Shown here in pieces: positions 37,117-46,988 of a DNA stretch of 64,000 nucleotides. The stretch lies in IMG/VR virus record IMGVR_UViG_3300006092_000199; one strand, 5' to 3'. The notes beneath the pieces are model-generated. The model made no database searches and was not told the origin of the DNA. It saw only the letters and a program-made list of their open reading frames with translations. The DNA is from an uncultured virus (IMG/VR IMGVR_UViG_3300006092_000199). Lineage: Duplodnaviria > Heunggongvirae > Uroviricota > Caudoviricetes. Each line of letters opens with the position of its first letter. Position 1 is the first letter of the stretch. The position numbers and the translations under genes are program-made.

Positions 37117-37881
37117 ATGAAGACATCAAAGCGTGCCGTCCAGTTCATCCGGGACCACGAGGGCCTCCGCCTGACCGCCTACAAGGACGCGGTCGGCGTC
37201 TGGACCATCGGCTATGGTCACACATCTGACCCCAAGTATCCCGTGCGACCGGGCATGCACATCACCAAGGCCAAGGCCGAGGAGATGCTGGCCTGGGACA
37301 TCGCCGAGGCCGAGACGGTCCTCGACAAGGCGGTCAAGGTGCCCCTCAACGGCAACGAGTACGGCGCTCTCATCAGCCTCATGTTCAACATCGGGAACGG
37401 GGCCTTCCTCAAGTCCACCCTCCTGAAGCGCCTCAATCGCGGCCAGCGCCGCCTGAACGCCGAGTTCGGGATGTGGGTCAAGGGCACCAAGAACGGGAAG
37501 CGGGTCACGCTCTCGGGCCTGGTCCGCCGCCGCGCCGAGGAGGCAGCCCTCTTCGCCACTCCCGAGGCCCTGGGCGACAAGGTCGTGAAGCAGCCCCCGA
37601 TCGTCGGGGCCACCGAGGAGACGACGGACGCTCGAGACGCCAAGAAGGGCGTGGCCGAGGACAAGTCCAAGGAGCCGCCGATCAAGAGCCTTCTCGGAGG
37701 CGCTCTGGCCGCTCTGCTCGCCCCGATCCTCCAGGTCTATGCCCAGCTGAAGGACGCCTTCGGCGAGGCCGGACCCGTGGCCATCGTCCTGTCGGTGCTT
37801 GCCATGGCCGCCATCGCATACGTGGTCTTCCACTACGTGAGGGCAGGCCGCGCGGACCCTACCGCCGAGGCAGGAGGCTGA
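37117..37881 (+). CDS. endolysin, GH24 lysozyme with C-terminal hydrophobic helices
   Basis: HEGLRLTAYKDAVGVWTIGYGHT (E-D-T triad) and GLVRRRAEE. Confidence 0.92.
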   Translation: MKTSKRAVQFIRDHEGLRLTAYKDAVGVWTIGYGHTSDPKYPVRPGMHITKAKAEEMLAWDIAEAETVLDKAVKVPLNGNEYGALISLMFNIGNGAFLKSTLLKRLNRGQRRLNAEFGMWVKGTKNGKRVTLSGLVRRRAEEAALFATPEALGDKVVKQPPIVGATEETTDARDAKKGVAEDKSKEPPIKSLLGGALAALLAPILQVYAQLKDAFGEAGPVAIVLSVLAMAAIAYVVFHYVRAGRADPTAEAGG

Positions 37882-37883
37882 CC

Positions 37884-38318
37884 ATGGGCTTCATCCTCTC
37901 CCTCGTCGCCTTCGTCTTCACCAAGGTCCTCAGCCCCCTGGGCCTGAGCTTCCTGGAGCCGCTGCTCCGCTTCTTCGAGGCCCGCCAGGCCTCCGACGCG
38001 GTCAAGGTCGGGCACTTCACCACGGCCTTCACAGCGGCCCTCGACGCCGAGGTCCAGAGCCGACGGATCGCCTCCCAGGAGCGGATCGCCCTGTGGGGAT
38101 CGCCCCTCTACAAGCTGCTGATCACGGCCATCGTCCTGCCCCCGGCAGCCTACTCTGCCCTGGTGTTCGGTGACTCGATCTTCCACTGGCAGTTCTACGA
38201 TGTCGACGCCGCGCCGACGCGGTTCGAGGAGCTTGGCTTCAACATCCTGATGACCTTCATCGGGGCGTCCGGGGCTGTGGGTGCAGTGTCTAGTCTCAAG
38301 GGAATGTGGCGAAAGTGA
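37884..38318 (+). CDS. membrane protein (lysis cassette; holin candidate)
   Basis: GGAGG RBS; three hydrophobic segments. Confidence 0.6.
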   Translation: MGFILSLVAFVFTKVLSPLGLSFLEPLLRFFEARQASDAVKVGHFTTAFTAALDAEVQSRRIASQERIALWGSPLYKLLITAIVLPPAAYSALVFGDSIFHWQFYDVDAAPTRFEELGFNILMTFIGASGAVGAVSSLKGMWRK

Positions 38319-38614
38319 CTGAGATGATCTCAAAGAGCGAGGCGCAGGAGATCGCCCAGGCAGCAGCCGATGCCGCCCTGGTTAAGCTCTTCTTGCAGCT
38401 CGATCTGGATGTCAACGACCCGAAGGAGGTTCGCCGTCTCCGGGAGAACCTCAACTTTCTCGAGGCGCAGCGTGATGGGAGTGAGAAGATCAAGGCCAGC
38501 ATCAAGAAGTCGGTCGTCTATGTCGTCTCAACCGCGCTTGTCGGCATGATGTACCTTGGATGGGACATCTTCAAGGCGGGGCTCATCCAGCTCCTGGGCA
38601 AGGGAGGACCGTGA
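38306..38614 (+). CDS. membrane protein (lysis cassette)
   Basis: C-terminal TM; coupled ORF. Confidence 0.6.
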   Translation: MAKVTEMISKSEAQEIAQAAADAALVKLFLQLDLDVNDPKEVRRLRENLNFLEAQRDGSEKIKASIKKSVVYVVSTALVGMMYLGWDIFKAGLIQLLGKGGP

Positions 38615-39144
38615 TGCCGAAGCGAATGCTCTCCTACGTCCGAGAGGCGCACATGGGGATGCGGGACTGGGGCTACCTACTCCTGATCTGCATCGCCATG
38701 ATCCTGCTCACCAACACTGTCCGTCAGTATCTCAAGGACACTGCTCCTCCGGAGGACTATTTCGAGGTCCGGCAGATGAACATCCCGGACTTCTATGAGA
38801 ATGAGAACCCGAAGATCACCTATGATCGCGAGGTCAAGGTCAAGTTCACGGCCTCGTGGATTGCTGAGATCCAGGATGCCTACACCTTCCAGAGCGTCTG
38901 TCAGTCCAACAAGACCAGCCAGTACGACCCTGCGAAGACCCTGCCCAAGGGTGGGCCGACCCTGTCATGGCTAATGTATCGCGAGCCGCTTCCGGATTGC
39001 TCACCGCCTCCGGGGCGCTACCGCGTCAACATCTGCTGGACGATCCAGCGCGTGGATGCCATCCCCGTGCTCTACTGCAAGAACAGCAACGTGTTTGAGG
39101 TATTCGATGAGCGGAGCCGACATCAAGGGGCTGGACCCGACTGA
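38614..39144 (+). CDS. single-TM protein with periplasmic Cys-containing domain
   Basis: N-terminal TM (YLLLICIAMILL); four Cys downstream. Confidence 0.6.
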   Translation: MPKRMLSYVREAHMGMRDWGYLLLICIAMILLTNTVRQYLKDTAPPEDYFEVRQMNIPDFYENENPKITYDREVKVKFTASWIAEIQDAYTFQSVCQSNKTSQYDPAKTLPKGGPTLSWLMYREPLPDCSPPPGRYRVNICWTIQRVDAIPVLYCKNSNVFEVFDERSRHQGAGPD

Positions 39145-40756
39145 GGTCCAGGAGTATTGGCTGGAGACAGGCCAGAACGTGAGCAAGACGGCGCGGCATT
39201 TCGGAGTGACGCGCCAAACCATCCAGAACCACGTGAGAAAGATGCCTGGCTACGGCAAGCCGATCATCGGCGGCAAGGTCGGCGGGCTCAAGACAGTCAA
39301 GGTCCACACCCCTGGGCAGATCAGGCGCTACATCCTGACATCCGCGCAGAACAACACCAAGGTCCCTGACAAGCTGTGGCAGAACCTGCTGGCCCTCAAA
39401 GACTACTACCAGGCCGAGCTCTTCGTCGGGACGTTCACCTACAACAAGTCGGCCTATGGCCCGATGGCCGTCAAGAAGGGCACCTACACCGGGGATGAGA
39501 AGGAGCTCTGGTACGACGAGCGACTACTTCCTTATATCCGTGATGAACGGGTTCAGCTGGCCCAGGGGCTGGTGTGGTGCGGGGAGATGAACATCCTCCC
39601 GACAGCCCAGAGGCCGCTCTCCGAGCTTCACACGTACACTGGTCTCCAGTCGGGCATCTTCCCCCACTCCAAGATTGCCCTGAAGTCCGTCCCGACATCC
39701 AAGTCGGAAGCGCCCAAGTTCAATTACACGACGGGCGCGTGCACCATGAAGAACTACATCCAGAAGCTCGCCGGTCTCAGGGCTGAGTTTCATCACACGT
39801 ATGGTGCCCTCCTTGTTGAAGTCGATGTTGATGGCGTGTGGTACGTCCGTCAGCTTAACGCGGATGCGAAGTGGCGCATATTCGACCTCGACGTAGTCGC
39901 CACGGACGGGGTCGTGGAGCCAGGTCAGGCAGCGGAGGTAGTCGTATGGGGTGATATACATGTCCCACGAACAGATGAACAGATCCTCGAAGCCGCGTGG
40001 TCCGATGGTGGCATTCTCGACCAGCTTCGCCCACGGACGCAGGTCTTTCACGACATCATTGACTTTCATGCTCGCTCCCATCATGAGATCAAGGATCATG
40101 TCAAGATGTTCCGGCGACATGTCCTCGGCGCTGAGTCGATCTGGTCCGAGCTGCGACTTGCAGCCAGCTTCCTCGACCGGGCGTGGCGGGACTGGTGCGC
40201 CAGCGTGGTCGTCAACAGCAATCACGATCGTGCCCTGGAGCGGTGGGTTGTGGAGGCCGACTACAAGAAGGACCCGAAGAATGCGCGGTTCTACCTCGAG
40301 GCCACCGCCGCGTGGTACAAGGCCATCGAGGACAAGAACGACGACTTCTTGCTGACCGAGCACTGCATCACCGCCGCTGGCCTCCAGCACGAGGTCGAGT
40401 TCTTGCGGCGCGACGAGAGCTGCGTCATCAAGGACATCGAGCACGGCTATCATGGAGACGACGGACCGAACGGGTCGCGGGCGACGGCGGCGAACCTCGC
40501 CAACCTGGGCCGGAAGATGAACGTCGGTCACACGCACACAGCTGAGATCCACGACAGCGTCTACATCGCGGGCACCTTCAGCAGTCTGGACATGGACTAC
40601 AACCATGGCCCATCGTCCTGGAGCCACTCGTTCATCGTGGTCTATCGCAACGGCAAGCGTGCCATCGTCACCATGCAGCCGGACGGCAGGTGGCGCGTGC
40701 CAAGCATGCCTGAGTCACCCCGGTCCCTGGGCAAGTACGCTCACGGCCCTGCCTGA
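39107..40756 (+). CDS. HTH + calcineurin-like metallophosphoesterase, T5 A1-like protein
   Basis: N-terminal NVSKTARHFGVTRQTI; YILTSAQNNT; GDIH, HDIID, NSNHD, YHGD and GHTH motifs; ~549 aa. Confidence 0.7.
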   Translation: MSGADIKGLDPTEVQEYWLETGQNVSKTARHFGVTRQTIQNHVRKMPGYGKPIIGGKVGGLKTVKVHTPGQIRRYILTSAQNNTKVPDKLWQNLLALKDYYQAELFVGTFTYNKSAYGPMAVKKGTYTGDEKELWYDERLLPYIRDERVQLAQGLVWCGEMNILPTAQRPLSELHTYTGLQSGIFPHSKIALKSVPTSKSEAPKFNYTTGACTMKNYIQKLAGLRAEFHHTYGALLVEVDVDGVWYVRQLNADAKWRIFDLDVVATDGVVEPGQAAEVVVWGDIHVPRTDEQILEAAWSDGGILDQLRPRTQVFHDIIDFHARSHHEIKDHVKMFRRHVLGAESIWSELRLAASFLDRAWRDWCASVVVNSNHDRALERWVVEADYKKDPKNARFYLEATAAWYKAIEDKNDDFLLTEHCITAAGLQHEVEFLRRDESCVIKDIEHGYHGDDGPNGSRATAANLANLGRKMNVGHTHTAEIHDSVYIAGTFSSLDMDYNHGPSSWSHSFIVVYRNGKRAIVTMQPDGRWRVPSMPESPRSLGKYAHGPA

Positions 40757-40852
40757 TGAATGGGTTGCACAATCTGGTCTGCTCCACTTAGGCCCAGGGG
40801 CGCAAGTTGTGGAGGCCCGGTCCTGCGCGCGTGCTCGAGAGAGGGGCTGGCC

Positions 40853-40952
40853 ACCAATTAACTCTCTTCTTCCTAAGCAAAAGAGAAGAGAATTGGTAAG
40901 TTGTTGTTCGACCAGGCCCTCGAATGGACTCTCACAGCAACGCACTGACTCA
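40853..40952. repeat. non-coding element, copy 2 (related to 6777-6874)
   Basis: ACCAATT..CTCTTCT...AGAAGAG AATTGGT hairpin plus CTCTCACAGCAAcgCACTGACTCA. Confidence 0.75.
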
Positions 40953-42581
40953 ATGGAGATGAGCACAGAGGTCCCGATGCCAAAGGTGACTGCCCATGAC
41001 CCCTGGGTAGGGCAGGCTGCACCCATGCAGTACATCCCGAAGACCACGCCGCTGGATCACCAGCGCAAGCAATTCGAAGAGCACGGCCTCGAGCCTGCCT
41101 GGGCATTGCTCTGGGAGCAGGGCACCGGGAAGACCAAGGAGCTGCTCGATGAGATGGGTGCGTTGATCGCTAAGGGCGCGGTCGACGCGGTCATCGTGAT
41201 CGCGCCGAACGGCGTGCACATGAACTGGCTCAACGATGAGATACCCAAGCATGTGCCGGATGAGCTCCGAGAGCGTCTCCACCCGCACGTGTACCAGACC
41301 ATAAAGGCGGAGACCAAGTGGCACCAGCGGGCGCTGGATCGCTGCATCAAGAGCGCGGGCATCCCCATGCTGCTCTTCAGCTACGATGGCTTCGTGACGC
41401 CCAAGGGCAAGAAGGCCGCGTGGCGTCTCCTCCAGCACAAGAACGTGCTCTTCATCGCCGACGAGGCACACCACATCAAGACGCCTGGTGCTCAGAGGAC
41501 GAAGACGATCCTCGCCGCGTCCAAGTACACCAATCACAAGCGCATCTCAACAGGCACTCCGGTCGCCGTGGGGCCGTTCGACCTCTACGCCCAGCTGAAG
41601 TTCGTCAAGTTCGACGTGTGGGACGAGATCGGCTGCAGCACCTTCTCTGCCTTCAAGACGTTCTTCGGCGTCTGGGAGAAGGGCTACAACAAGAAGCAGG
41701 GGCGCGAGTACGACGTCTTGGTGTCCTACCGGAACCTGCACATCCTGAATGAGATCCTCGGCAAGATCTCCAGCCGCGTGCTGAAGGAGGATGTGCTCGA
41801 CCTGCCGCCGAAGCTCTACACCAATCGCTACTATGACATGACGCCCAAGCAGCGCGAGCTCTATGAGGCCCTGCGCGAGGAGTTCATGATCGACTGGGGC
41901 GATGGTCGCATCACCAATGCCTCTCTGGCCATCGTCCGGCTGCTCCGCTTCCAGCAGGTGCTCTGCGGCTACATCCCGTTCGAGGATGAGATGGGGAACA
42001 AGGGCGTCGAGATGATCGCCGGGAAGAACCCACGACTGGACTGCCTGCACGAGGCGATAGAGGACCTGCCGCACCAGGGCATCGTCTGGGCACGGTTCAC
42101 CAAGGACCTGGACCTGATCATTGACAGGCTGAAGGGCGACGGGAAGAAGATCAGCCGCTACGATGGCACGATGACCGACGAGCAGCTTCTCAAGAGCAAG
42201 CAGGCATTCAACGCCGGGGAGACGGACTTCTTCGTCGGGAACCAGGCGATGGGGGCCGAGGGCCTCACGCTGAACGGAGCCAAGTCGACGTTCTACTACA
42301 ACAACACCTTCCGGTTCATCCATCGTCTCCAGAGCGAGGACCGCAACCACCGCATCGGGCAGGACGGGGCCGAGCACGAGGTCCATGTCCAGGAGGATCC
42401 CTATGCCCAGTGGCAGGACGAGCCGCCTCCGAAGGTGCAGTCCAAGCAAGTTGGCGTTCTGTACACGGACTTGATTTGCCAAGACAGCGTGGACGAGCAC
42501 TTTATACGCAACCTGCTGCGGAAGCAGGATGTCGCCTCCAAGATCACAGGCGACCAGCTCAAGTCGTGGATCTCAACATGA
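40953..42581 (+). CDS. SNF2-like superfamily 2 helicase
   Basis: EQGTGKT, DEAH, STGTP, EGLTL and QSEDRNHRIGQ. Confidence 0.9.
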   Translation: MEMSTEVPMPKVTAHDPWVGQAAPMQYIPKTTPLDHQRKQFEEHGLEPAWALLWEQGTGKTKELLDEMGALIAKGAVDAVIVIAPNGVHMNWLNDEIPKHVPDELRERLHPHVYQTIKAETKWHQRALDRCIKSAGIPMLLFSYDGFVTPKGKKAAWRLLQHKNVLFIADEAHHIKTPGAQRTKTILAASKYTNHKRISTGTPVAVGPFDLYAQLKFVKFDVWDEIGCSTFSAFKTFFGVWEKGYNKKQGREYDVLVSYRNLHILNEILGKISSRVLKEDVLDLPPKLYTNRYYDMTPKQRELYEALREEFMIDWGDGRITNASLAIVRLLRFQQVLCGYIPFEDEMGNKGVEMIAGKNPRLDCLHEAIEDLPHQGIVWARFTKDLDLIIDRLKGDGKKISRYDGTMTDEQLLKSKQAFNAGETDFFVGNQAMGAEGLTLNGAKSTFYYNNTFRFIHRLQSEDRNHRIGQDGAEHEVHVQEDPYAQWQDEPPPKVQSKQVGVLYTDLICQDSVDEHFIRNLLRKQDVASKITGDQLKSWIST

Positions 42582-42877
42582 GTCGGTCCTACACTGCTGA
42601 GGGCGTGCACGAGTTCTACCATCCCACGCGGGATTGGGAGGAGGAGCCGCATACTCTCAAGGTCGTGATGGAGCTCGAGGAGGGAACCGACTATGAGGCG
42701 TATGGCTCCACATACGTGCCACGCCACTGGTGTGAGTGCAGTGGAGAGACATGGTTCCTGGACGACCTTGAGGTCGCCGACTGGGCCTTGCAGCATCACC
42801 TGCGTGTCATGGGCTTCACGCAGGAGCAGGTGAACAAGATGAAGGAGAAAGCCCGAGACACAGGAGTAAATACATGA
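42578..42877 (+). CDS. hypothetical protein
   Basis: ATGA overlaps on both sides. Confidence 0.6.
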   Translation: MSRSYTAEGVHEFYHPTRDWEEEPHTLKVVMELEEGTDYEAYGSTYVPRHWCECSGETWFLDDLEVADWALQHHLRVMGFTQEQVNKMKEKARDTGVNT

Positions 42878-43437
42878 CCGAGACGCACGACTACAGCGAG
42901 TTCCACGAGGCACCGAAGGCTGGCGACAACGCCATGGCCCGCCTCTCTGGGCTTGCCCGCGACCAGAAGGCTGCCGAGGCCAAGGTGGCCAAGATCCAGC
43001 AGCAGCTCCAGGAGGCCCAGGAGGAGCTCGACCGCATCGCCCAGAAGGAGCTCCCGGAGCTCATGCAGGAGCTGCGGCTGAAGGACTTCACGACCGAGGA
43101 TGGTGTGACCATCCAGGTCAAGGAGAGCATCCACGCCTCCATCCCGAAGAGCCGCGCCGACGAGTCATTCCAGTGGCTCGAAGACCACAACAACGCTGGC
43201 ATGATCAAGCGCACTGTCACCGTCGCCTTCCCGCGCGACGAGGAGAAGTGGGCCAAGAAGTTCCTGGCCGACATGGCCAAGCGGAAGCGGCCTCTCGACG
43301 TGAAGGTCGAGCGCAGGGTCGAACCGGCAACCCTCAAGGCGTGGGTGACCCGCCAGCTCGAGGCGGGCGTCGATCTCCCGCAGGAGCTGTTTGGCATCCA
43401 CCGCCGCAAGATCACCCAGGTGGAGGTCAAGACTTGA
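42874..43437 (+). CDS. conserved replication-module protein (coiled-coil N-terminus)
   Basis: AGGAG RBS; ELPELM...FQWLEDH...VEPATLKAWV. Confidence 0.7.
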   Translation: MTETHDYSEFHEAPKAGDNAMARLSGLARDQKAAEAKVAKIQQQLQEAQEELDRIAQKELPELMQELRLKDFTTEDGVTIQVKESIHASIPKSRADESFQWLEDHNNAGMIKRTVTVAFPRDEEKWAKKFLADMAKRKRPLDVKVERRVEPATLKAWVTRQLEAGVDLPQELFGIHRRKITQVEVKT

Positions 43438-43652
43438 AGAAGCAGCTGAAGCCGACCGTCGTCATGGTCGGGGAAGATCAGGCACCGGGTGGCATCCTTG
43501 TCATCCGGTTTGACGAGAACACCAGCCACTCTGGCATCATGAAGCAGGTCATCGACGGCCTGGTCGAGGCCAAGTGGGCGAAGCGCCGTGAGATGGAACA
43601 GGAGATGGCCACATGTCTGAAGAACGGACTGTACCGCAGGACAATCGGCTGA
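43434..43652 (+). CDS. hypothetical protein
   Basis: GGAGG RBS, TTG start overlapping the previous stop. Confidence 0.45.
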   Translation: MKKQLKPTVVMVGEDQAPGGILVIRFDENTSHSGIMKQVIDGLVEAKWAKRREMEQEMATCLKNGLYRRTIG

Positions 43653-43918
43653 CGCAGCTCCCGGAGAGCATGCGGGCCGACTTCCTGATCTACCTCGAGA
43701 GCCCAAGCACGGGCCTCGTCGTCACCGTCCGCCTGGGCAACCTCCGCTCGCTCCCGTCCTGCTTCGAGCCCGACGCGGCCAAGCTGATGGTGGCCGAGGG
43801 CCTGAACAAGCTGGCCACGGACTGGCGTCTCATGACCTCTGACGAGATCGACAAGTATCTCAAGGAGGAGGACGAGGACGCCGCCCAGACCATCATCGAG
43901 GAGACCTACACGCTGTGA
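43613..43918 (+). CDS. hypothetical protein
   Basis: GGAG RBS; 101 aa. Confidence 0.55.
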   Translation: MSEERTVPQDNRLTQLPESMRADFLIYLESPSTGLVVTVRLGNLRSLPSCFEPDAAKLMVAEGLNKLATDWRLMTSDEIDKYLKEEDEDAAQTIIEETYTL

Positions 43919-44202
43919 CCATGCAGGCCCGCAAGATCCACGAGATGAAGTCCTGGCCCTGGTTCTTCCAGGCGTTCATGGACGGCAACAAGCTGCACGA
44001 TCTCCGGCAGAAGGACCGCGACTTCCAGATCGGCGATGTGGTTGTGCTCAAGGAGTACGACCCTCGCACTGGCAAGTACAGTGGTCGCGAGCTGGCCATG
44101 GAGATCAGCTACATGACATCGAATGACACGCCGTGCGCTCTCTCATCGAACGCGCTCGCACGTGACCACGTGATCCTCAGTCTCCGGAAGTGGATTACAT
44201 AA
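43915..44202 (+). CDS. DUF3850/ASCH (PUA-like) domain protein
   Basis: HEMKSWPWFFQA..DGNK..DLR..DRDFQIGDVVVLKEY. Confidence 0.8.
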   Translation: MTMQARKIHEMKSWPWFFQAFMDGNKLHDLRQKDRDFQIGDVVVLKEYDPRTGKYSGRELAMEISYMTSNDTPCALSSNALARDHVILSLRKWIT

Positions 44203-44331
44203 AGGGACACCACGCAGCCCTCCCCTGGGCTATGCTGCCAATTGACCGACGCCCAGCGGTATATCAGGGCAACAAGGCCGAAGCACGGAGCGGCCATAAA
44301 TTGCCTCCCTGCGAAACATAGGAGATCCCAC

Positions 44332-45180
44332 ATGGGAACCGCCAAGAAGAACGTGCCTGCCAAGACCGAGGAGCCTGGTGCCCTCACCAATGGAGCCTAT
44401 GACTACGGCGCGGACGCCGGGGCTGGCTTCGAAGGGACCAAGTCGTCTGACCTCGCAATCCCTTTCCTGAACGTCATGCAGTCCAACTCGCCCTCCGTGG
44501 CGGATGGCACTCACAAGAACGGCGACATCGTCAACTCCGTCACTGGCCAGGTCTGGGCAGGCGACAAGGGCGTCCCGTTCCAGCCTGTCCACCACGAGCA
44601 CAAGTTCGTCAAGTGGCGTCCGCGTGACAGCGGCGGCGGCATTCTCGGCACCTACGATCCCGAGGATCCGTATGTCGCCCAGACGCGCAAGCTCAACGAG
44701 AGCGCCTTCGGCAAGCTGCGCACCCAGGACGGCAACGAGCTCATCGAGACCCACTATGTCTACGGCCAGGTCCTCAACGAGGACGGCTCCGACAGCGATG
44801 GCTTCGCCGTGATGGCGTTCACCAGCACCAAGATCACCCCCTACCGCAAGTGGTCGACCGCGATGTTCCTGCTCAAGGGCAAGCCGCCGCTGTTCGCCAA
44901 CCGCGCCCGGATGGTCACGGTGAACGACAAGAACGAGAAGGGCCAGGCGTTCAAGAACATCGAGTTCAAGCCCCTGGTCGGCGCCAACTGGCTGAACAGC
45001 CTCATCCCGCCTGCGACCGAAGCGGGGCGCAACCTCCTCGAAGGTGCCAAGAACCTGCGCGAGATGATCCTGTCCGGTCTCGCCAAGGCCGACTACTCGA
45101 CCCAGGACACGAGCGGCGAGGCCGCTCCGTCGGGCGAGAACGCGAAGGCCGGCAAGCCGGACGGCCACGTCCCGTTCTGA
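44332..45180 (+). CDS. putative ssDNA-binding/annealing protein
   Basis: AGGAG RBS; DLAIPFLNVMQSNSP; flexible tail ending VPF; highly biased codons. Confidence 0.6.
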   Translation: MGTAKKNVPAKTEEPGALTNGAYDYGADAGAGFEGTKSSDLAIPFLNVMQSNSPSVADGTHKNGDIVNSVTGQVWAGDKGVPFQPVHHEHKFVKWRPRDSGGGILGTYDPEDPYVAQTRKLNESAFGKLRTQDGNELIETHYVYGQVLNEDGSDSDGFAVMAFTSTKITPYRKWSTAMFLLKGKPPLFANRARMVTVNDKNEKGQAFKNIEFKPLVGANWLNSLIPPATEAGRNLLEGAKNLREMILSGLAKADYSTQDTSGEAAPSGENAKAGKPDGHVPF

Positions 45181-45204
45181 GGTCCCATGCAGCCTCGGAA
45201 CACT

Positions 45205-45234
45205 GGGGGATGGCTGTTGCGTCGTCCATCCCCC
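45205..45234 (+). terminator. stem-loop after the putative SSB
   Basis: GGGGGATGG...CCATCCCCC, flanked by AACACTGG on both sides; weak U-tract. Confidence 0.45.
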
Positions 45235-45256
45235 TTCAACACTGGAGGGACGTCTC

Positions 45257-45559
45257 ATGGAAAAGTTTGTCACAGATCAGCCGCTGCCCGAGGGCGTCGA
45301 TCGCGAGCTGCTCACCATTCTCGCCGAGGAGTGCTGCGAGGTCGGCCAGCGCGTCAGCAAGGCGCTGCGCTTCGGCATCAAGGAGGTCCAGAAGGGCCAG
45401 CCCCTGAGCAACGATCAGAGGATCGCCCAGGAGCTGGGTGATGTGATCTGCGTTGCCAACATGCTGGTCGGTCGCGGCCTGTTCACCCACGATGAGATCC
45501 AGGCCGCTGCAGCTGACAAGCGCAAGCGGCTGATGAAGTATCTGCAGAGCGAGTTCTGA
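45257..45559 (+). CDS. MazG-like NTP pyrophosphohydrolase
   Basis: LAEECCEV..RVSK...QELGDV (EExxE...ELGD). Confidence 0.75.
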   Translation: MEKFVTDQPLPEGVDRELLTILAEECCEVGQRVSKALRFGIKEVQKGQPLSNDQRIAQELGDVICVANMLVGRGLFTHDEIQAAAADKRKRLMKYLQSEF

Positions 45560-45560
45560 A

Positions 45561-46802
45561 ATGGAGTGGTCTCCAGAGCAGGAGCGGGCACTGGGTGCTG
45601 TCAACGATTGGATGACAGACCGTGGCTCGCAGGTGTTTCGTCTCTTCGGGGGCGCGGGCACTGGCAAGACGACGATCGCCAAGGCGATTGCAGAGGGAGT
45701 GGGTGGCACCGTCATGTTCGGGGCCTACACCGGGAAGGCCGCGCACGTTCTGCAGACCAAGGGCTGCCACGGCGCGAAGACCATCCACAGCATGATCTAC
45801 CACAGCCGGGACCAGAGCGCCGCCCGACTGAAGGAGCTCGAGCAGCGTGTCCTTGAGCTCCTGAACGAGCTCCGCTCCGAGCTGCACGACGAGGACAAGC
45901 ACCTGGCCGACAGCGACCCCAGGGTCATGGAGCTGAAGGCACAGATCGACCAGGAGCGGCAGAATGTCTCCAGGCCCATGTTCCAGCTGAACTATGACAG
46001 TGAGGTCAAGTACGCGGACCTGGTCATCATCGACGAGTGCTCGATGGTGGACGGGGCGATGGCCGATGACCTGCTCTTCTTCGGCACCAAGATCCTGGTG
46101 CTCGGCGACCCTGGGCAGCTCCCACCCGTGATGGGCGAGGGCTTCTTCACCAAGGAGCAGCCGGACTTTCTCCTGCAGGAGATCCACCGCCAGGCGAGAG
46201 ACAACCCCATCATCGACATGGCGGCGAGGGTCCGCGCGGGCGAGTCACTGGAAGTCGGGACCTGGGGCGAGAGCCGGGTCATACCGCTCAGCGAGGTAAA
46301 TCCCCAGCTTGTGTTGGACGCCAGCCAGCTCCTTGTGGGCCGCAACGCGACGCGGCGAGACTACAATCGGCGCATGCGCCAGCTCCTCCATCCTGAGCAC
46401 CAGTCCTGGATCCCCCTGGGCGGTGACAAGCTGGTCTGTCTCCGCAACAATCACGAGGTCGGCCTGCTGAACGGTGCCCAGTGGGAGGCCATGGGTGTCT
46501 TGAGCGCGGACGAGGACCGCATCATCATGAAGGTCCGGTCCATGGACAACGATGCCCTGCTGGACGTCGAGGCTCACTCCCACCACCTGCTCGGCAGGAC
46601 CGACGCGATCCCGTGGTGGTCCCGCAAGGAGGCCGAGGAGTTCGACTATGGCTATGCCATGACCGTGCACAAGTCTCAGGGCTCACAGTGGGATGACGTG
46701 GTCGTCTTCGATGAGAGCTACTGCTTCAGGGAGGATCGTCACAAGTGGCTCTACACAGCGATCACCCGCGCGGCCAAGACGATAACCGTCGTCAAGACGT
46801 AG
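45561..46802 (+). CDS. RecD/Dda-like SF1 helicase
   Basis: GGAGTGKT, DECSMV, GDPGQLPPV, YAMTVHKSQGS and YTAITRA. Confidence 0.92.
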   Translation: MEWSPEQERALGAVNDWMTDRGSQVFRLFGGAGTGKTTIAKAIAEGVGGTVMFGAYTGKAAHVLQTKGCHGAKTIHSMIYHSRDQSAARLKELEQRVLELLNELRSELHDEDKHLADSDPRVMELKAQIDQERQNVSRPMFQLNYDSEVKYADLVIIDECSMVDGAMADDLLFFGTKILVLGDPGQLPPVMGEGFFTKEQPDFLLQEIHRQARDNPIIDMAARVRAGESLEVGTWGESRVIPLSEVNPQLVLDASQLLVGRNATRRDYNRRMRQLLHPEHQSWIPLGGDKLVCLRNNHEVGLLNGAQWEAMGVLSADEDRIIMKVRSMDNDALLDVEAHSHHLLGRTDAIPWWSRKEAEEFDYGYAMTVHKSQGSQWDDVVVFDESYCFREDRHKWLYTAITRAAKTITVVKT

Positions 46803-46988
46803 GGCGTCTGCTTGAGCGTGTGCACAAGGATATATGCAGAGCACTGGAGCCCATAGGCTACATGCTGGTCAAGCGCCGCATGTCCAGAGCGAGGACCCTC
46901 GAGGTGGCAAGCATGCTAGAGAGGATCTCGCAGGACATCCGCCGGACGCTTGCTGACTGACACAACCAGAACATAGGATCAAAGCCTC

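Noticed and set aside
46745..46960. Small ORF between the helicase and RNR
   Set aside because: No convincing start or RBS and it overlaps the helicase end; it may be real but is unsupported.
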